Of a DNA stretch of 64,000 nt, positions 1 to 13,810 are shown piece by piece (the first letter of the stretch is position 1; the number at the start of each line of letters is the position of its first letter). The notes under the pieces were generated by a model that had not been told where the DNA came from, did not search any database, and saw only the letters and a list, made by a program, of their open reading frames with translations. The translations under genes were made by a program, and so were the position numbers. The DNA lies in NCBI GenBank assembly GCA_000146465.1, contig CP001946.1. One strand, given 5' to 3'.

Positions 1-2480
<2,480 letters not shown>

Positions 2481-2520
2481 TCCTCAAATCAAAAAAATTC
2501 CCCCCAATCTCTCAAATACT

Positions 2521-3811
2521 GATCCTGCTGCTGGTTCTCCAACAGCAGCCATGTTACGACTTATATCTTATCTAACACGAAGGACTCAGACCTTCCAATC
2601 TTCGTCCACTGCGTCATCTTAGATAGCGACGGGCGGTGTGTACAAAGGACAGGGACCCATTCAAAACAACTTGTTCAATCGTTATTACTAGGAATTCCAC
2701 GTTCAGAAGCCCATTACACAGCTTCATCCCTCACAGCAGGCTCCCTCGCCATCTATCGTAGTGCGCGTGCCGCCCGCTTCATCTCAGGGCATAACGGACC
2801 TGTTCTGTTCCATTCCTCCCTTGCCCCAAAGAGCACTGTCAAAGGGTCTCACATCTTACGCAACTTAATCCAAAGCTCACGCCATCCATTTCAAACGGCC
2901 ATGCACCACCGCCGCGCGCATCCCGTCCTCGTTCTCCTGCCCGCTTCAGAACCGGTAAGTTGCCCCGCGTTGAGTCAAATTAAGCCGCACACTCCACTCC
3001 TTGTGGTGTCCTTCCGTCAATCTCTTCAAGTTTCACTCTTGCGAGCATACTATCCCCAGAACCCACATACTCAAGATTTCTCATGCACAACACTATATAG
3101 TCCCGTCCAGTCGGCATCGTTTACTGCTAGAACTAAAACGGTATCTAATCGATTTCGATCCTCTAGCCTTCGTCCTTCATCGTCACATAAGTCCAAGAGC
3201 ACAGCCTTCGCTTCTGTCCGTCCAGTCAGGGTCTTCGTATTTCACCCCTCGCCCAACTATCCGGTGCCCCTCGTCCTCTGCCAAACCTCTTACATCCACA
3301 TCAGGACATAATCCCCCAAACAAAGACATACAAAAGACTACGGACTTTTTAACTGCAGCATTCACCATAGACACTATTGGAGCAGGTATTACCGCGGCTG
3401 CTGGCACCCGACTTGCCCTCCAATCAATCTCGACTCCTTTACACTCGAAAAAAACTCACTTCTCATAACCGCCTCCCCAAAGGATTAGGCAAGTTTCGCG
3501 CCTGCTGCCATCCTTGGACGTAGTAGCCATCTCTCAGGCTCCCTCTCCGGAATCAAACCCCGATCCCCCGTCTCCCGTCTCCGCCTAGTTAGGCCATTAC
3601 CCTAACTACCAGCTGATAGGCCTACAACTTACTTGGCTCGTGTCAAAAACACTCCTAGCCCCCTACCTGCAGTTTCCCGCAGTTACAGCTCTCCCGCCAA
3701 CCAAATCATCGTACTATCACTGAGCCGTCCGTCAATCCCCCACAAGGTTCATCAACATGCATGGCTTAGTCCCAGAGAATAGCATCCACGTCAGGCAGAA
3801 TCAACCTGGTG
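2521..3811 (-). rRNA. Small-subunit rRNA, about 1.29 kb, the reduced 16S-like microsporidian form.
   Basis: The reverse complement of 3790-3811 is CACCAGGTTGATTCTGCCTGAC, the microsporidian SSU 5' end. The 530-loop motif GGTGCCAGCAGCCGCGGTAATAC lies near 3385-3410. The 3' region motif GTACACACCGCCCGTCGCTATCT lies near 2620-2660. A GGATCA-type 3' end lies near 2521. ORFs 38..3468 in the track fall inside the rDNA and are not genes. Confidence 0.9.
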
Positions 3812-4023
3812 CTACCCCCCATCAAAAATCTCTCAGATCCCTCATCAACAAACCCCTGGCCACAGCCACATCAAATCCCAAAAAATCCTCCATCCCCACC
3901 GTCAAACACAAATCTCTCTCAGAGGAGACCAAAACTAATCCAAAACCACTCTCTTTTCTCCCCACATCCCAATCCCCCCCCTCGCTCCCCCTTCTCTCCA
4001 TAACCCCTCCCCCCACATCCCAA
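3812..4023 (-). promoter_or_regulatory. C-rich rDNA upstream spacer or 5' ETS, a candidate Pol I promoter region. It contains two copies of CCCACATCCCAATC.
   Basis: It lies immediately upstream (in rRNA sense) of the SSU 5' end. It is strongly C-rich on the plus strand, with direct repeats near 3961-3974 and 4012-4025. Its function is inferred from position only. Confidence 0.35.
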
Positions 4024-5604
4024 TCACAACATGGACCCCTGCCCCCCAAATCCGTGGTAGACTACATCATTACCCCCGTCCCTGAAGATCCCCACTTCTA
4101 CTATCCCTATCTCCTTCCCAGACTCTTTTGTTTCAAGCATTGCAAGAGCCACTTTCCTTTCTCTTTTCACTCCTCTTTCTTCGTAACTTCTTGTAAGATC
4201 GAAGAAGTCGTCTGCATCTTCATGTCTAAGCAGCCCCACAGCCTCCACTATGTCATGAAACTTCTTCTGCTCTTTGATTTCCTCAATGCTTCGTCCTCTC
4301 CACTTCTGTTCCGTTCCCTCGTCCAAGATGTTCTTTATAACTTCAGGTTCCTTCTTCCATTGGAAAACCCTCCCATGGATTTCGTAGTTCTTTTTCTTTG
4401 TTTTTTCTTCCTTTTTCCCCCCTACTGCTCCCTTTTCCGACTTTTTGTCTTCTATCTCTTCTTTCTTGTCCTTTGTAACAATCTTCCTCTTTCTACTATT
4501 CTCCACTACCTTTCCCTTCCCTTTTCCCTTACTTCTTCTCTTTTCTTCTTCCTCTTCTCTCATCAGCTCTTCTGCATTTTGGTTAGCTTCCTTTTCTTTC
4601 ATTTCTTTCTCATCTGTATTTCTTTTCTTTCTTTCTTCAACCTCAAGAACAATCCTATTTATTTCATTCTCATAATCATCTTTATATTCTAAGAATGCTT
4701 CCTTTACTAACTCTGCTGCAACCTCCCTTCCATGTTCTTTATTGGTATTTATCAAAAGATTATGATCCAAATAGCCTATTAATGAAAGTATATCACTTTT
4801 GTATTGATAATACGAGTTCTTTGGTTTAATTCTCAATTCCTTGGCATGTAACCTTCTCAGACCAAGCTTCAAAATAAAACTTTTTATATCTTCTTCTCTT
4901 TTCCAGAGATTCAAACACTCATCGCATACCATATTCATCCCCTTAACTATTTGGTCTTGTTCTTGGATGGTACGAATAACTTTCCCATGTATCTCGATCT
5001 CCTTTAATTTCTCTTTTCTCTTCTTATTTTCTTCTGAATCAGGGTCAGGCAAGGCCTCTATCTTCTTAATCTCTTCGGAAGCCTTGGACGTAAGGATTTC
5101 TCCAAGTTCATCAAGTGTTTTCTTGCATTCTTTGACTATTCTCTTTGTTAAATCTCTAAATGTCCCATTCTTCTCATAAGACAGATAAACCGAATCAAAA
5201 TACCCGGATTGGATTTTTGCCGTGGCGAATGCTTCTATTAAGCTTTTAATCCATTCATAATAAATCGAGGTATTCAAAACTCCCATACACTTCAATGCTA
5301 CTTTTGTAATCTCCCTCATAATCTTTTTGACATACTCTCGTTTTCCACTTTCTATCTCGTTGTACTTTGTCGTAGGGAATACTAAAAATGAGTCATTATG
5401 AATAACAAATGGATATAATATCATTTTCCGATAATTAAATATGTCAGGAGAGTTATAAAGTACTTTTTTTATCCTTCTTCTTATTTTCTCATCATTCATC
5501 TTCTTCTCAATTCCTATTTCTGTATTTGCTACTGCTCTTTCCGGGGATGCTCCCCACACAACATTCATCATTCCAAGTACTTCTACTCCACAGATCCAGA
5601 TCAT
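4024..5604 (-). CDS. Hypothetical Lys/Glu-rich protein of 526 aa. The charged low-complexity core is encoded by a ~300-bp CT-rich tract. It may be a chromatin- or nucleolus-associated protein.
   Basis: It is the long intact ORF. Its central region is EEEKRRSKGKGKGK / KKEEIEDKKSEKG-like. No diagnostic catalytic motif was recognised. The CCC motif sits directly upstream of the ATG. Confidence 0.5.
   Translation of the reverse strand: MIWICGVEVLGMMNVVWGASPERAVANTEIGIEKKMNDEKIRRRIKKVLYNSPDIFNYRKMILYPFVIHNDSFLVFPTTKYNEIESGKREYVKKIMREITKVALKCMGVLNTSIYYEWIKSLIEAFATAKIQSGYFDSVYLSYEKNGTFRDLTKRIVKECKKTLDELGEILTSKASEEIKKIEALPDPDSEENKKRKEKLKEIEIHGKVIRTIQEQDQIVKGMNMVCDECLNLWKREEDIKSFILKLGLRRLHAKELRIKPKNSYYQYKSDILSLIGYLDHNLLINTNKEHGREVAAELVKEAFLEYKDDYENEINRIVLEVEERKKRNTDEKEMKEKEANQNAEELMREEEEEKRRSKGKGKGKVVENSRKRKIVTKDKKEEIEDKKSEKGAVGGKKEEKTKKKNYEIHGRVFQWKKEPEVIKNILDEGTEQKWRGRSIEEIKEQKKFHDIVEAVGLLRHEDADDFFDLTRSYEERGVKRERKVALAMLETKESGKEIGIVEVGIFRDGGNDVVYHGFGGQGSML
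4380..4680. repeat. Low-complexity polypyrimidine (CT-rich, plus strand) tract lying inside the K/E-rich CDS.
   Basis: It consists of runs of ttcttt, ctttc and tcttc units. The plus-strand ORFs 3757..4692 and 4445..4675 are antisense artefacts of this tract. Confidence 0.6.
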
Positions 5605-6323
5605 CCAAAGGGGAGAACAAATCCAACTTATATTACTCTCCCTTTCTTGCCTTCATCAAGGATTCATTATTAATAAAAATATCGATTTTGATAAGTTCCT
5701 GACTTCATTCTTCTCCAAATCAAGAATATGCTTTGTCAGTTAGAAACAACTCAATTCTAACTATCTAACATCTTCAGAATGATAATAACAACAATAACAA
5801 ACTCTTTGTCTGAACCACTAAACAACTCTACTCAATCTCACATAAACCATACCTTTTTATTCCAATCATATTGTGGTAGGCCTTTCTGTCACATCTAGCT
5901 TCGTTAACACCTTCTTTGTGCTTTTAAGATCCACACAGAGAATTCAGAACTCCTTCCCCATTCTTTCCACTGACCATTGCATTCATCGAGGATACATAAA
6001 CGGATTTTCCTCACCTTCACTCTCCAAACAATTCCTAGACAAGGTCTCAAAGCCTTCCACAACAAATGGTACTTTTCCCTCCCCTGCATTCGTCAACTCA
6101 AAAGCTTTATATGTTTGTTGATTAAGATATTCATATAATAAGTAAGCTATCTATTTTCCATATCTCGATTTCATTCTTCTTTATTCTCCATGTCTTTATC
6201 CTCCCCTTTCCCTATATATCGAGATAACCTGGGAACAAAACATCTTCTACGGCATCTTTCTCCTTACCATCTACAATTTAAAAGCTGTGCAATTGTTTGT
6301 CTTCTCAGTTAACTTCCTATACA

Positions 6324-8756
6324 CTAGTTACTTTCGTATTTGCATCTTATTGCTAAAATTTCTTTACTTTGGGTCCCAACATAAATGAGTTTCCCATCCC
6401 ATATTACTGAGTTTATTGCTCCTACAATCTTCATCTTTCCAACGCAGAACATAGAACTATCTAAAAAGTCCCAAAATCGAAGCATTCCATCCTTGGATCC
6501 GGTAACAAACGAATCCTCCATCGATGCTCCACACTTGATCCATGAGTCATGTGCATATGGAACAGTTTTAACTATGGTTCCATCTTTCCATCTTCTTAAC
6601 GAGCAGTCTCTTCCGAAGCTTATGAGTTCGTTCTTATAGCACAATAATCCCTGAACTGAGTCCAGATGTGGAGGGGAAAGGGTTATAAAGCCATCATTGT
6701 AGCGCTTAACAGTATGGTCTCTAGAGCCTGTATATGTGTCCTGCCCCATTCTTTCTATGCAGAACACTGTTCCGGAATGTGCTTTTTCGGCAAATGCTAA
6801 CTTACAATTCCTTTGGTCCAGTATAGAAAGAGTCCCATCTTCATGCCCTGTAAATATATAGTTATCTCTAGAGAGTAACGCCGAAACTTCGCTTCTGAAA
6901 CCATATACTGGACGTGTACCAGATCTGTGGTCAAACCTCTTCAATATTCCTCGAGTTGTGTATAAGAGTGTTTCTAATCCTTCCATACATCTAACGCCCT
7001 CCTCTGTAAACAGAGTTTCTGTCCTATCACTCCATTTTCTAATTTTATTATCTATAGATCCAAATACAAGGCAGGAATCGAAAAGGGCCAATGTAGTAGG
7101 GAGGTATCCTGATAGTTTCTCTACGATAGTTGTATTCATGGTTATCTTCTCTTTTCTCGGTGTGAAAAGTGCATATTTTTTGGTATTTCTTTCTAAATCA
7201 AAGGAAACAATTCTTTTATGGGTCTTACTGGAGGCTGCATGTGTCATCTGATCTTCTATAATCTCGCATGTGTCAGATATCTCTAGAGAGTCTACATATT
7301 TTCTTATTGTGTCGATTTTGTTGTATTCCCTTTGGCTCTGATTTTCTATTTGGCGTTTGTATTCATTATCTCCTGGATTATTTGTCGATGCTTCCGGTTC
7401 GTCTAACTCTGCAACTATCTTTAATTTCTCTTCGTCCCTTTTCTTTCTGGAACTATTTTCTGGAGAGTTTATTCTATTCTCCGATGCTTTTCTTTTAAAA
7501 GATTCTAGGCCTTTGTATTCATCTGTGATTAAACCTCGATTTTCCGGTTCTCTCGGCATTCTTTGAATCGTATCCTTAAGTTTTTGATTTTCGTTTATCA
7601 GATTTTGAACAAAAGGATGCTTTAGAATTTCTTGGACGATATCCTCCCTTCTGTCGTTTTTTTCAAAATCTAGAGTTTCTAACTTCGATTTGAGACTCCG
7701 ATTCTCCAAAATTAATTCCTCTATATTAACTTTGGACTCCCGACGGAACTTCTCCTTAAGTATTTGGTTTTCAGCCTTAAGCTTCTGTATTTCTTTTTTC
7801 AATAAAAGAGTTGTAAACTTTGAACTATCCACTTGTATATTCATTTTCGTCGTGGTTTCTATGGAGGCTGCTCTGCTTGCATACTTTAAGGTGTTGTGTG
7901 TTTCGCCAATGTCGGCATGAGAAGAAGAAATGCAAGCCACCATCAATACATATCCATTAAGGCAGCTTTGAAGAATTCGGGTAAGTTTTGAGTCTCGAAA
8001 GGGAATGTGGGAAGATTTCTTAAATAAAGCAGAAATGACATTTCCAAGAGCCAGAAGCCCTGAGTTGATGGAGATTCCCTCCTTTGCACGGTCTCCGGCA
8101 CACATGGTTCTTTTAAGCCTTTCGCTTCCTGCCAAGTCAACAAAGGAAAACTTCGATGTTATGAATGATCCATTTACTTCCTTTCTATGGAAAAGGGTAA
8201 ATATAGCATGGCTTCTAGACGATTTTGAATTCATATTGGTTGATTTTGTTGTTCTTTCCAAGGATCCCTTCTTCAGGGCCTCAATTCCATCTTCGTATGA
8301 TTTCAGAGTCACTTCACTTGCTCCAGCAATGGTGACTTCTCCATTTACTTCTCTCAGGCTCAAAGGCATTTTGTGCTTACTGAACAGGTCAATCACTTCT
8401 TCATTGTAAACCTCGATGAAAATGCAGTTTACCTCCTGGGTTATCTTGAATATGTGCTTAAGAGACTGGGGAACAATCCCCGTCATATCTTCGTGTGTCA
8501 TTCCCATTGTGTAAGTTTTTCCACTGCCTGTTTGTCCATAAGCCATCACTGTGCAATTATACCCTTCAAGAAAAGACTCTGTGAGATGCCTGACACTTCT
8601 GTCGTAAATTTGTACCTGCGATGTAGTAAGGTGCACTTTACTAAAAGTGTAAGTTTTTGTTCCTACGGTCAATGCTGAAGGTGTACTTTCTATTACATTG
8701 TCTAATCTAGGATTTATTCGCACCTCGACTTGAATTGTGTTCTTCTTATCTTCCAT
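6324..8756 (-). CDS. Kinesin-like motor protein with a C-terminal WD40 beta-propeller (KIF21/kinesin-4-like architecture).
   Basis: The N-terminus carries the kinesin P-loop GQTGSGKTYTM, switch I SSRSHAIF and switch II VDLAGSE. A coiled-coil middle follows. The C-terminal ~250 aa carry WD-like repeats (GHEDGTLSILD, GSRDHTVKRYN, GSKDGMLRFWD). Confidence 0.85.
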   Translation of the reverse strand: MEDKKNTIQVEVRINPRLDNVIESTPSALTVGTKTYTFSKVHLTTSQVQIYDRSVRHLTESFLEGYNCTVMAYGQTGSGKTYTMGMTHEDMTGIVPQSLKHIFKITQEVNCIFIEVYNEEVIDLFSKHKMPLSLREVNGEVTIAGASEVTLKSYEDGIEALKKGSLERTTKSTNMNSKSSRSHAIFTLFHRKEVNGSFITSKFSFVDLAGSERLKRTMCAGDRAKEGISINSGLLALGNVISALFKKSSHIPFRDSKLTRILQSCLNGYVLMVACISSSHADIGETHNTLKYASRAASIETTTKMNIQVDSSKFTTLLLKKEIQKLKAENQILKEKFRRESKVNIEELILENRSLKSKLETLDFEKNDRREDIVQEILKHPFVQNLINENQKLKDTIQRMPREPENRGLITDEYKGLESFKRKASENRINSPENSSRKKRDEEKLKIVAELDEPEASTNNPGDNEYKRQIENQSQREYNKIDTIRKYVDSLEISDTCEIIEDQMTHAASSKTHKRIVSFDLERNTKKYALFTPRKEKITMNTTIVEKLSGYLPTTLALFDSCLVFGSIDNKIRKWSDRTETLFTEEGVRCMEGLETLLYTTRGILKRFDHRSGTRPVYGFRSEVSALLSRDNYIFTGHEDGTLSILDQRNCKLAFAEKAHSGTVFCIERMGQDTYTGSRDHTVKRYNDGFITLSPPHLDSVQGLLCYKNELISFGRDCSLRRWKDGTIVKTVPYAHDSWIKCGASMEDSFVTGSKDGMLRFWDFLDSSMFCVGKMKIVGAINSVIWDGKLIYVGTQSKEILAIRCKYESN

Positions 8757-8849
8757 CGGGAAGACTTCAATTATTTTTTTTATTCTTCAAAGGAATTACG
8801 ATTCCGAGATGAGAAAGACATCAAGGAAAATGCTTAACCCCAGTGCGAA

Positions 8850-11567
8850 ATGATGTTATTAGTTTTCCTAATTGTAATAATGATTATGACCGGGTTGCTG
8901 GCTGGGTTCAAGCATTATGGCTCTTCAAAGTACAGAACAATTCCTTTTAAGATAAAATCAAGAGCTCCCGAGAAGATTGCATCTACAAGGCTACTTGGGA
9001 TGACTATAGAAGATGCTATGAAGAGACATCCGCTATTCAATTTCTACCCAAGACAGTCAATCAAAGAGATTTTAGAAAGCTGGGATAGAGTAAAGTATAA
9101 AAATGGGGACATAATAACAACGCCTGGATTTATATTACAAGGTTGTGTGGAGATATGGTATGGAAATTCCCTTACCTGCATAAAAGAAAAAGGCTCTTTT
9201 CTTAATGGATCTATGGAGCTTTTAGGATATACCACAAGAGGAATTAAGAAGGCAAAAGGCTTTGTTGAGGTTCTCTTGGTTGATGCCTCTTTAGCCAGAA
9301 CCGATGTATGGTATATCTTGTTTTCCATGGTTAGAAAGTCATGTATCGAGGTAGCTTGCAAGTATTTTGAGTTGGAAGGCAAGCTTGTAGAAAAAGAAAC
9401 TATGAAGATTGGAGGTGACGGAATGAGCCATCTAGATTTGTTTCTAGATTTTCTGAACAGAAAGTTTTTGCAAGGCTTGGATGATGGAAAGGAGGCACTT
9501 AAAAAGAGCATTGAAACTAGATTTGTTGGTAAAGGTGAGGTTCTTAAGGACTCTGGAGAGCCTATGGATTATATTGTGTATGTGGTTTCCGGAGAGATTC
9601 AGGTACTAGCGGGAGAAAATGCTTTTAGTTTTGGAAATGGATCCCTGTTTGGATATTTTTCCTTATTTTTTGATTCATATTCGTCCATCAAGATTCTGGC
9701 AAAGGGAGATTCCTCGATTCTTATATGCAATTCATCGGTTCTGTTCAAACTTGGCCTGGATGAAAAAAGATTTGATCATTCTATGTTACTGGATATCGAC
9801 GAGTGTCTCCATGTAATAGATGAGTCAGTCGAATGGATAAGGCTTTCCCCAGGGGATATGATTGTTCAAAAAGGAGGCACTTCGAAGGAGATCTTCTACA
9901 TTGCGGCTGGAAGCATAAAGTCTGCTTCGAAGGAGTTTTCTTCTGGAATGGCGATAGGGGATAGGGAATGCATCTTTGGGGAAAATTGGGGCGAATCTTT
10001 TGTGGCAACCAAAATAACCGATATTGTTCGGATTCCATCTCTTTTAGTAGACTATTTCTTTGAAAATGACAAGACTTTCTTCAAAAAGTACACCAAAAGA
10101 CTGTTTGAGAATGGAAGTAGAAAGAATGGAAAAATAGTCAGCATCATTCCGATTGGGCAATATAGGGATATTGAGTCTTTTTCAAGAAGGCTACGAGCAG
10201 CAATCGGAGCTTCTTCATTGCTTTTGAACCGTAAGGATGTTGTTGACATTCTTGCAAGAAGATCGTTTGATACGACTGAGGAGCTCGGGTTCATGGATTA
10301 CCTTACAAAGATGTCTAAGCGCTATGAAATAATTCTTATTTACGTAGAGAACGAATATTCTAGATTATTGAGGTACTTGCTAAACTTTTCGGACATTTTG
10401 TTGACAGTTGGAACAACATTTGCCGACATTCCCGAGTACAATGTTTACTGTCGAATAGAATTTGTCAAAATCTACGAGGAAAGAAAGGCTTTAAACGAAA
10501 GGAGCATGAGGAAGCGAGAGAAAACTGCACCTTCTCGCACCGGGAACGCGAATGAAAAAGAGACGCCGAGACAATATGACCGGATTCATCATGTTCTCTT
10601 TCCCTCGAAAACCATTCTTTTCTGTTCCAAGGACTTTCAGAGGCTGGCGAGATCGTTATTAGGAAAAAGAATAGGACTAGTTTTAGGAGGAGGAGGAGCA
10701 AGAGGACTGGCTCATATTGGAGTTATTCAGGCACTTGAAGAGGAGGGAATTCCCATAGATTGTGTTGGAGGAACGAGCATGGGAGCATTTATCGGCGCCT
10801 TGTATGCAAGGGAATGCAATAACTATTATGTGTTTAAGCAGGCAAAAAGATTTTCTAGAAAGATGTCCAACATATGGCTTCTCCTTCTAGACTTAACTTA
10901 TCCCATCTGCTCTATGTTCTCGGGGCACGGATTCAACAGGTCACTCCATTCTGTGTTTGGTGATAGTCTAATACAAGATCTGTGGCTGGAGTATTTCTGT
11001 ATCACCACCAATATATCTAACTACGAAGAAGAGGTGCACAGAAACGGAATGATTTGGAGATATGTGCGTGCAAGCATGGGGCTCTGTGGATATCTGCCTC
11101 CTATATGTGATAACAAAAAACTACTAGTTGATGGAGGATACTTGAACAACGTTCCTGCTGATGTGATGATGAGTATGCAAGTGGAGAAAATCATTACTGT
11201 GGATGTTGGGACGGTTCTAGAAAATGATTACTTTGATTATGGAGACACCCTTAGTGGATTTACCATCCTATTCAATAGGTTCTTTGGCAACAAGAAATTT
11301 GTGACGATGGAAGAGATTCAATATAGACTGGCCTATATCTCTACAGAGCGAAAGACAAAAGAGCTCCAGGCAAACGGAAATATAGTTATGCTAAAGCCTG
11401 ATCTTGGAAAATATAGAACGATGGACTTTAAGAAGTTTGACGAAATTGTTGCATGTGGATACCAGTCTACCAAAGATGCAATCTCCGAATGGAAGCGGAA
11501 AGGAATCTTCGATACTCTCTTTCTCAATCTAAAAAAACAAACACCAAAAAGAAGATATTCCGTGTGA
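8850..11567 (+). CDS. Neuropathy-target-esterase-type lysophospholipase (NTE1-like): N-terminal TM helix, cyclic-nucleotide-binding-like domains and a patatin domain.
   Basis: Patatin motifs are present: [17 protein letters not shown] and [13 protein letters not shown] (GxSxG), plus the DGG of the catalytic dyad. The N-terminus is hydrophobic. Total length is 905 aa. Confidence 0.85.
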   Translation: MMLLVFLIVIMIMTGLLAGFKHYGSSKYRTIPFKIKSRAPEKIASTRLLGMTIEDAMKRHPLFNFYPRQSIKEILESWDRVKYKNGDIITTPGFILQGCVEIWYGNSLTCIKEKGSFLNGSMELLGYTTRGIKKAKGFVEVLLVDASLARTDVWYILFSMVRKSCIEVACKYFELEGKLVEKETMKIGGDGMSHLDLFLDFLNRKFLQGLDDGKEALKKSIETRFVGKGEVLKDSGEPMDYIVYVVSGEIQVLAGENAFSFGNGSLFGYFSLFFDSYSSIKILAKGDSSILICNSSVLFKLGLDEKRFDHSMLLDIDECLHVIDESVEWIRLSPGDMIVQKGGTSKEIFYIAAGSIKSASKEFSSGMAIGDRECIFGENWGESFVATKITDIVRIPSLLVDYFFENDKTFFKKYTKRLFENGSRKNGKIVSIIPIGQYRDIESFSRRLRAAIGASSLLLNRKDVVDILARRSFDTTEELGFMDYLTKMSKRYEIILIYVENEYSRLLRYLLNFSDILLTVGTTFADIPEYNVYCRIEFVKIYEERKALNERSMRKREKTAPSRTGNANEKETPRQYDRIHHVLFPSKTILFCSKDFQRLARSLLGKRIGLVLGGGGARGLAHIGVIQALEEEGIPIDCVGGTSMGAFIGALYARECNNYYVFKQAKRFSRKMSNIWLLLLDLTYPICSMFSGHGFNRSLHSVFGDSLIQDLWLEYFCITTNISNYEEEVHRNGMIWRYVRASMGLCGYLPPICDNKKLLVDGGYLNNVPADVMMSMQVEKIITVDVGTVLENDYFDYGDTLSGFTILFNRFFGNKKFVTMEEIQYRLAYISTERKTKELQANGNIVMLKPDLGKYRTMDFKKFDEIVACGYQSTKDAISEWKRKGIFDTLFLNLKKQTPKRRYSV

Positions 11568-11676
11568 TGGAGTCTTCATCCTTTTCATTAAATGTTTATA
11601 AACTCAGCACTACTCCCAGCATAAAATTACTAACTTTATATCCCACCATTGGTTCTCCATTTGCAAAGTTCTATCA

Positions 11677-13680
11677 GTGGTAATGTATCAACACTCAAAC
11701 AAGGCTGTTATGATTGGAAGGTTTTCTTTCTTAAAAAGAGAAGTTAGAAAAAGTCCAATGAACCAAGACTTGACTTTCAAGGACGACCCTTTTAGAATAA
11801 TCGACTACTCCAAAGACGAGAAGGCACAATTCTTAAGGAATCTACGTGATAGGATAACTTGCAACGAAAGGGAAAAGTCTCTCTTGTTTGAAACCGGATT
11901 TACAAAGGATAGAAACTTTAATGGAAGTGTGGAGGAAAGCGCGATAAGCCTGGAGGTATTGGCCTTGTTAGCCACTTCCAAGAACCAAGATATCAGACAG
12001 GGAGTTAAAGCATGCTCCTCCCAAGTCTTTGAATTCATAAAGCTACAGCCGTTACCACCTTCCTCCATCCATATCTCCATGTTTCGATCCTTCAGGATAA
12101 TCATATCTGAAGTAGACCAGGATTCGTTTTGCGACAAATACCTGCCTTTTTTCTTATCTGTGATTGAAATGGAGCATCAATCTTTATGTCTTAATTCGAT
12201 TAAGAATGAAATAATCGAACTCTTTTATCAGATGCTAAAGATAGACAAAAAGATCAAGTTCAAACTTAAAGGCAGAAGGTTCATTAAGATCTTATGCAGC
12301 CCTAACCTTAATGGTATAAAACTCCTCAACGAACTAATGAATGAAGATGTGGGAAAACATATTAAGATGAAGCATTTGCTTGAGAGAGTAAACAGCTCCA
12401 ACATAAATAACAAGTTGGAGGTTCTTTCGTGCTGTGCCAAGTTGTATAAGCTGAACCATTCTGGAGACACAAGAGTTATGGAGAGAATCTTGTATGAATT
12501 GAACGAACTTGTGGAGTATAAGAAGGAATCTCTTGTGCTTGTAGGCTCCATGGTTCAAGACAACATCCAGGGACAGCTCTTCTGTAGGGACATAGGGCTG
12601 GTCTCCAAAATTGCAGACCAGTTCCACGAGGGCCATCCAAACTTGTTAACTCCTGAACTTCTCTTTTGTTTACATTCCCTGACGGCAGGACTTGAGGAGA
12701 ACCGAAAGATCATTGCCAAAAGCAAAATAATTCCTAGTGTTTTTGGAGCCTTCAAGCAGAGGGTAAATAGAAAGCAAATAGACCTTGTTTTTGTCATGAT
12801 TGTCTTACTTCTGAAAAGCATGACAAAAAGCATTACATTTCTTCGATCGGATCTTTTGGACTATCCGGTTATAGATCTACTGATAGCTGTTTTGGATCAC
12901 AAGTTTCCGGACACTGTCGATGGAATCGATAGAATGATAGCAGAGGAAGATCTAAATTCAGGATTTGTTGAGGAAAACATTTTGAATGTGCTGGTTAACC
13001 TGGTCATGGAATACGGGGACTATAAAAATAAGTTTATAGCATCGAATGGGGTCGAAAAGGTTCTCAACTACACATCCAAGTTTCCGCTTGTAGTCCTACA
13101 AATCTTTAAAAACTTTCTGTATGATACTGGGTTCAATTCAAAGGAAGTCTTTATTAAGGCAACAGACAGAAGATTTTTCAGTAAATTTCTTGATATGTAC
13201 GAAGAGAGCAGAAACACAGAGATACTTGAGGGATGTTTCAATCTGATGAGAAATCTCTTGTGTGATGACACTCTTGACTATATTGTCCAAAGCTACGAGG
13301 GAATGATTGATTCGATATTTCTTTATCTAGATAGATTTGCCAACGAAACAACCGTATCAGAGAACAGCAGAGAAGAGAATGTTCTATTGCAGATACTCTA
13401 CACTGTAGTCAACCTAAGTGCCAACTCAGATAAATTCAAGAGCTTAGTGTTGAACAAAAAGCATTTGGATAATATGAAAAAGGTGAGCACAACTAGAAAC
13501 CTTTCAATTGCGTTTATATGGATTATAATAAACCTGTCATGGAAAGAAGATGGATCAGAAAACAGGGTTCAGATCCTCTGCGACAATGGCATAAAAGAGT
13601 GGCTGATCAAAATACAGGCCAAGGATTCGGTGCTAGCCGACAAGATAGGAACTGCATTGGAAAATTTGAGATTAACATGA
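11677..13680 (+). CDS. Hypothetical protein of 667 aa, probably an armadillo/HEAT-type alpha-solenoid.
   Basis: It is a long intact ORF with repeated ENR..I...G-type helix-repeat signatures (ENRKIIAKSKIIPSVFGAF, ENRVQILCDNGIKEWLIKI). No catalytic motif was seen. Confidence 0.5.
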   Translation: MVMYQHSNKAVMIGRFSFLKREVRKSPMNQDLTFKDDPFRIIDYSKDEKAQFLRNLRDRITCNEREKSLLFETGFTKDRNFNGSVEESAISLEVLALLATSKNQDIRQGVKACSSQVFEFIKLQPLPPSSIHISMFRSFRIIISEVDQDSFCDKYLPFFLSVIEMEHQSLCLNSIKNEIIELFYQMLKIDKKIKFKLKGRRFIKILCSPNLNGIKLLNELMNEDVGKHIKMKHLLERVNSSNINNKLEVLSCCAKLYKLNHSGDTRVMERILYELNELVEYKKESLVLVGSMVQDNIQGQLFCRDIGLVSKIADQFHEGHPNLLTPELLFCLHSLTAGLEENRKIIAKSKIIPSVFGAFKQRVNRKQIDLVFVMIVLLLKSMTKSITFLRSDLLDYPVIDLLIAVLDHKFPDTVDGIDRMIAEEDLNSGFVEENILNVLVNLVMEYGDYKNKFIASNGVEKVLNYTSKFPLVVLQIFKNFLYDTGFNSKEVFIKATDRRFFSKFLDMYEESRNTEILEGCFNLMRNLLCDDTLDYIVQSYEGMIDSIFLYLDRFANETTVSENSREENVLLQILYTVVNLSANSDKFKSLVLNKKHLDNMKKVSTTRNLSIAFIWIIINLSWKEDGSENRVQILCDNGIKEWLIKIQAKDSVLADKIGTALENLRLT

Positions 13681-13810
13681 CTTTCTCGGTTCCTATATGC
13701 TTGAAAATAGATTAACCAAATAAATGATAATTTTATGAAGTCAGACGATCCTTCTTACAATCTCTTCTGTTAACATTTGTTTCATTGCGTAAGACAGAAG
13801 TCCAAAACAG

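Noticed and set aside
3757-4692. A 311-aa plus-strand ORF and a nested 76-aa ORF (4445..4675) rich in Phe/Leu/Ser.
   Set aside because: They are antisense to the better-supported minus-strand K/E-rich CDS. Their composition comes from the CT-rich tract, and no start context or motif supports them.
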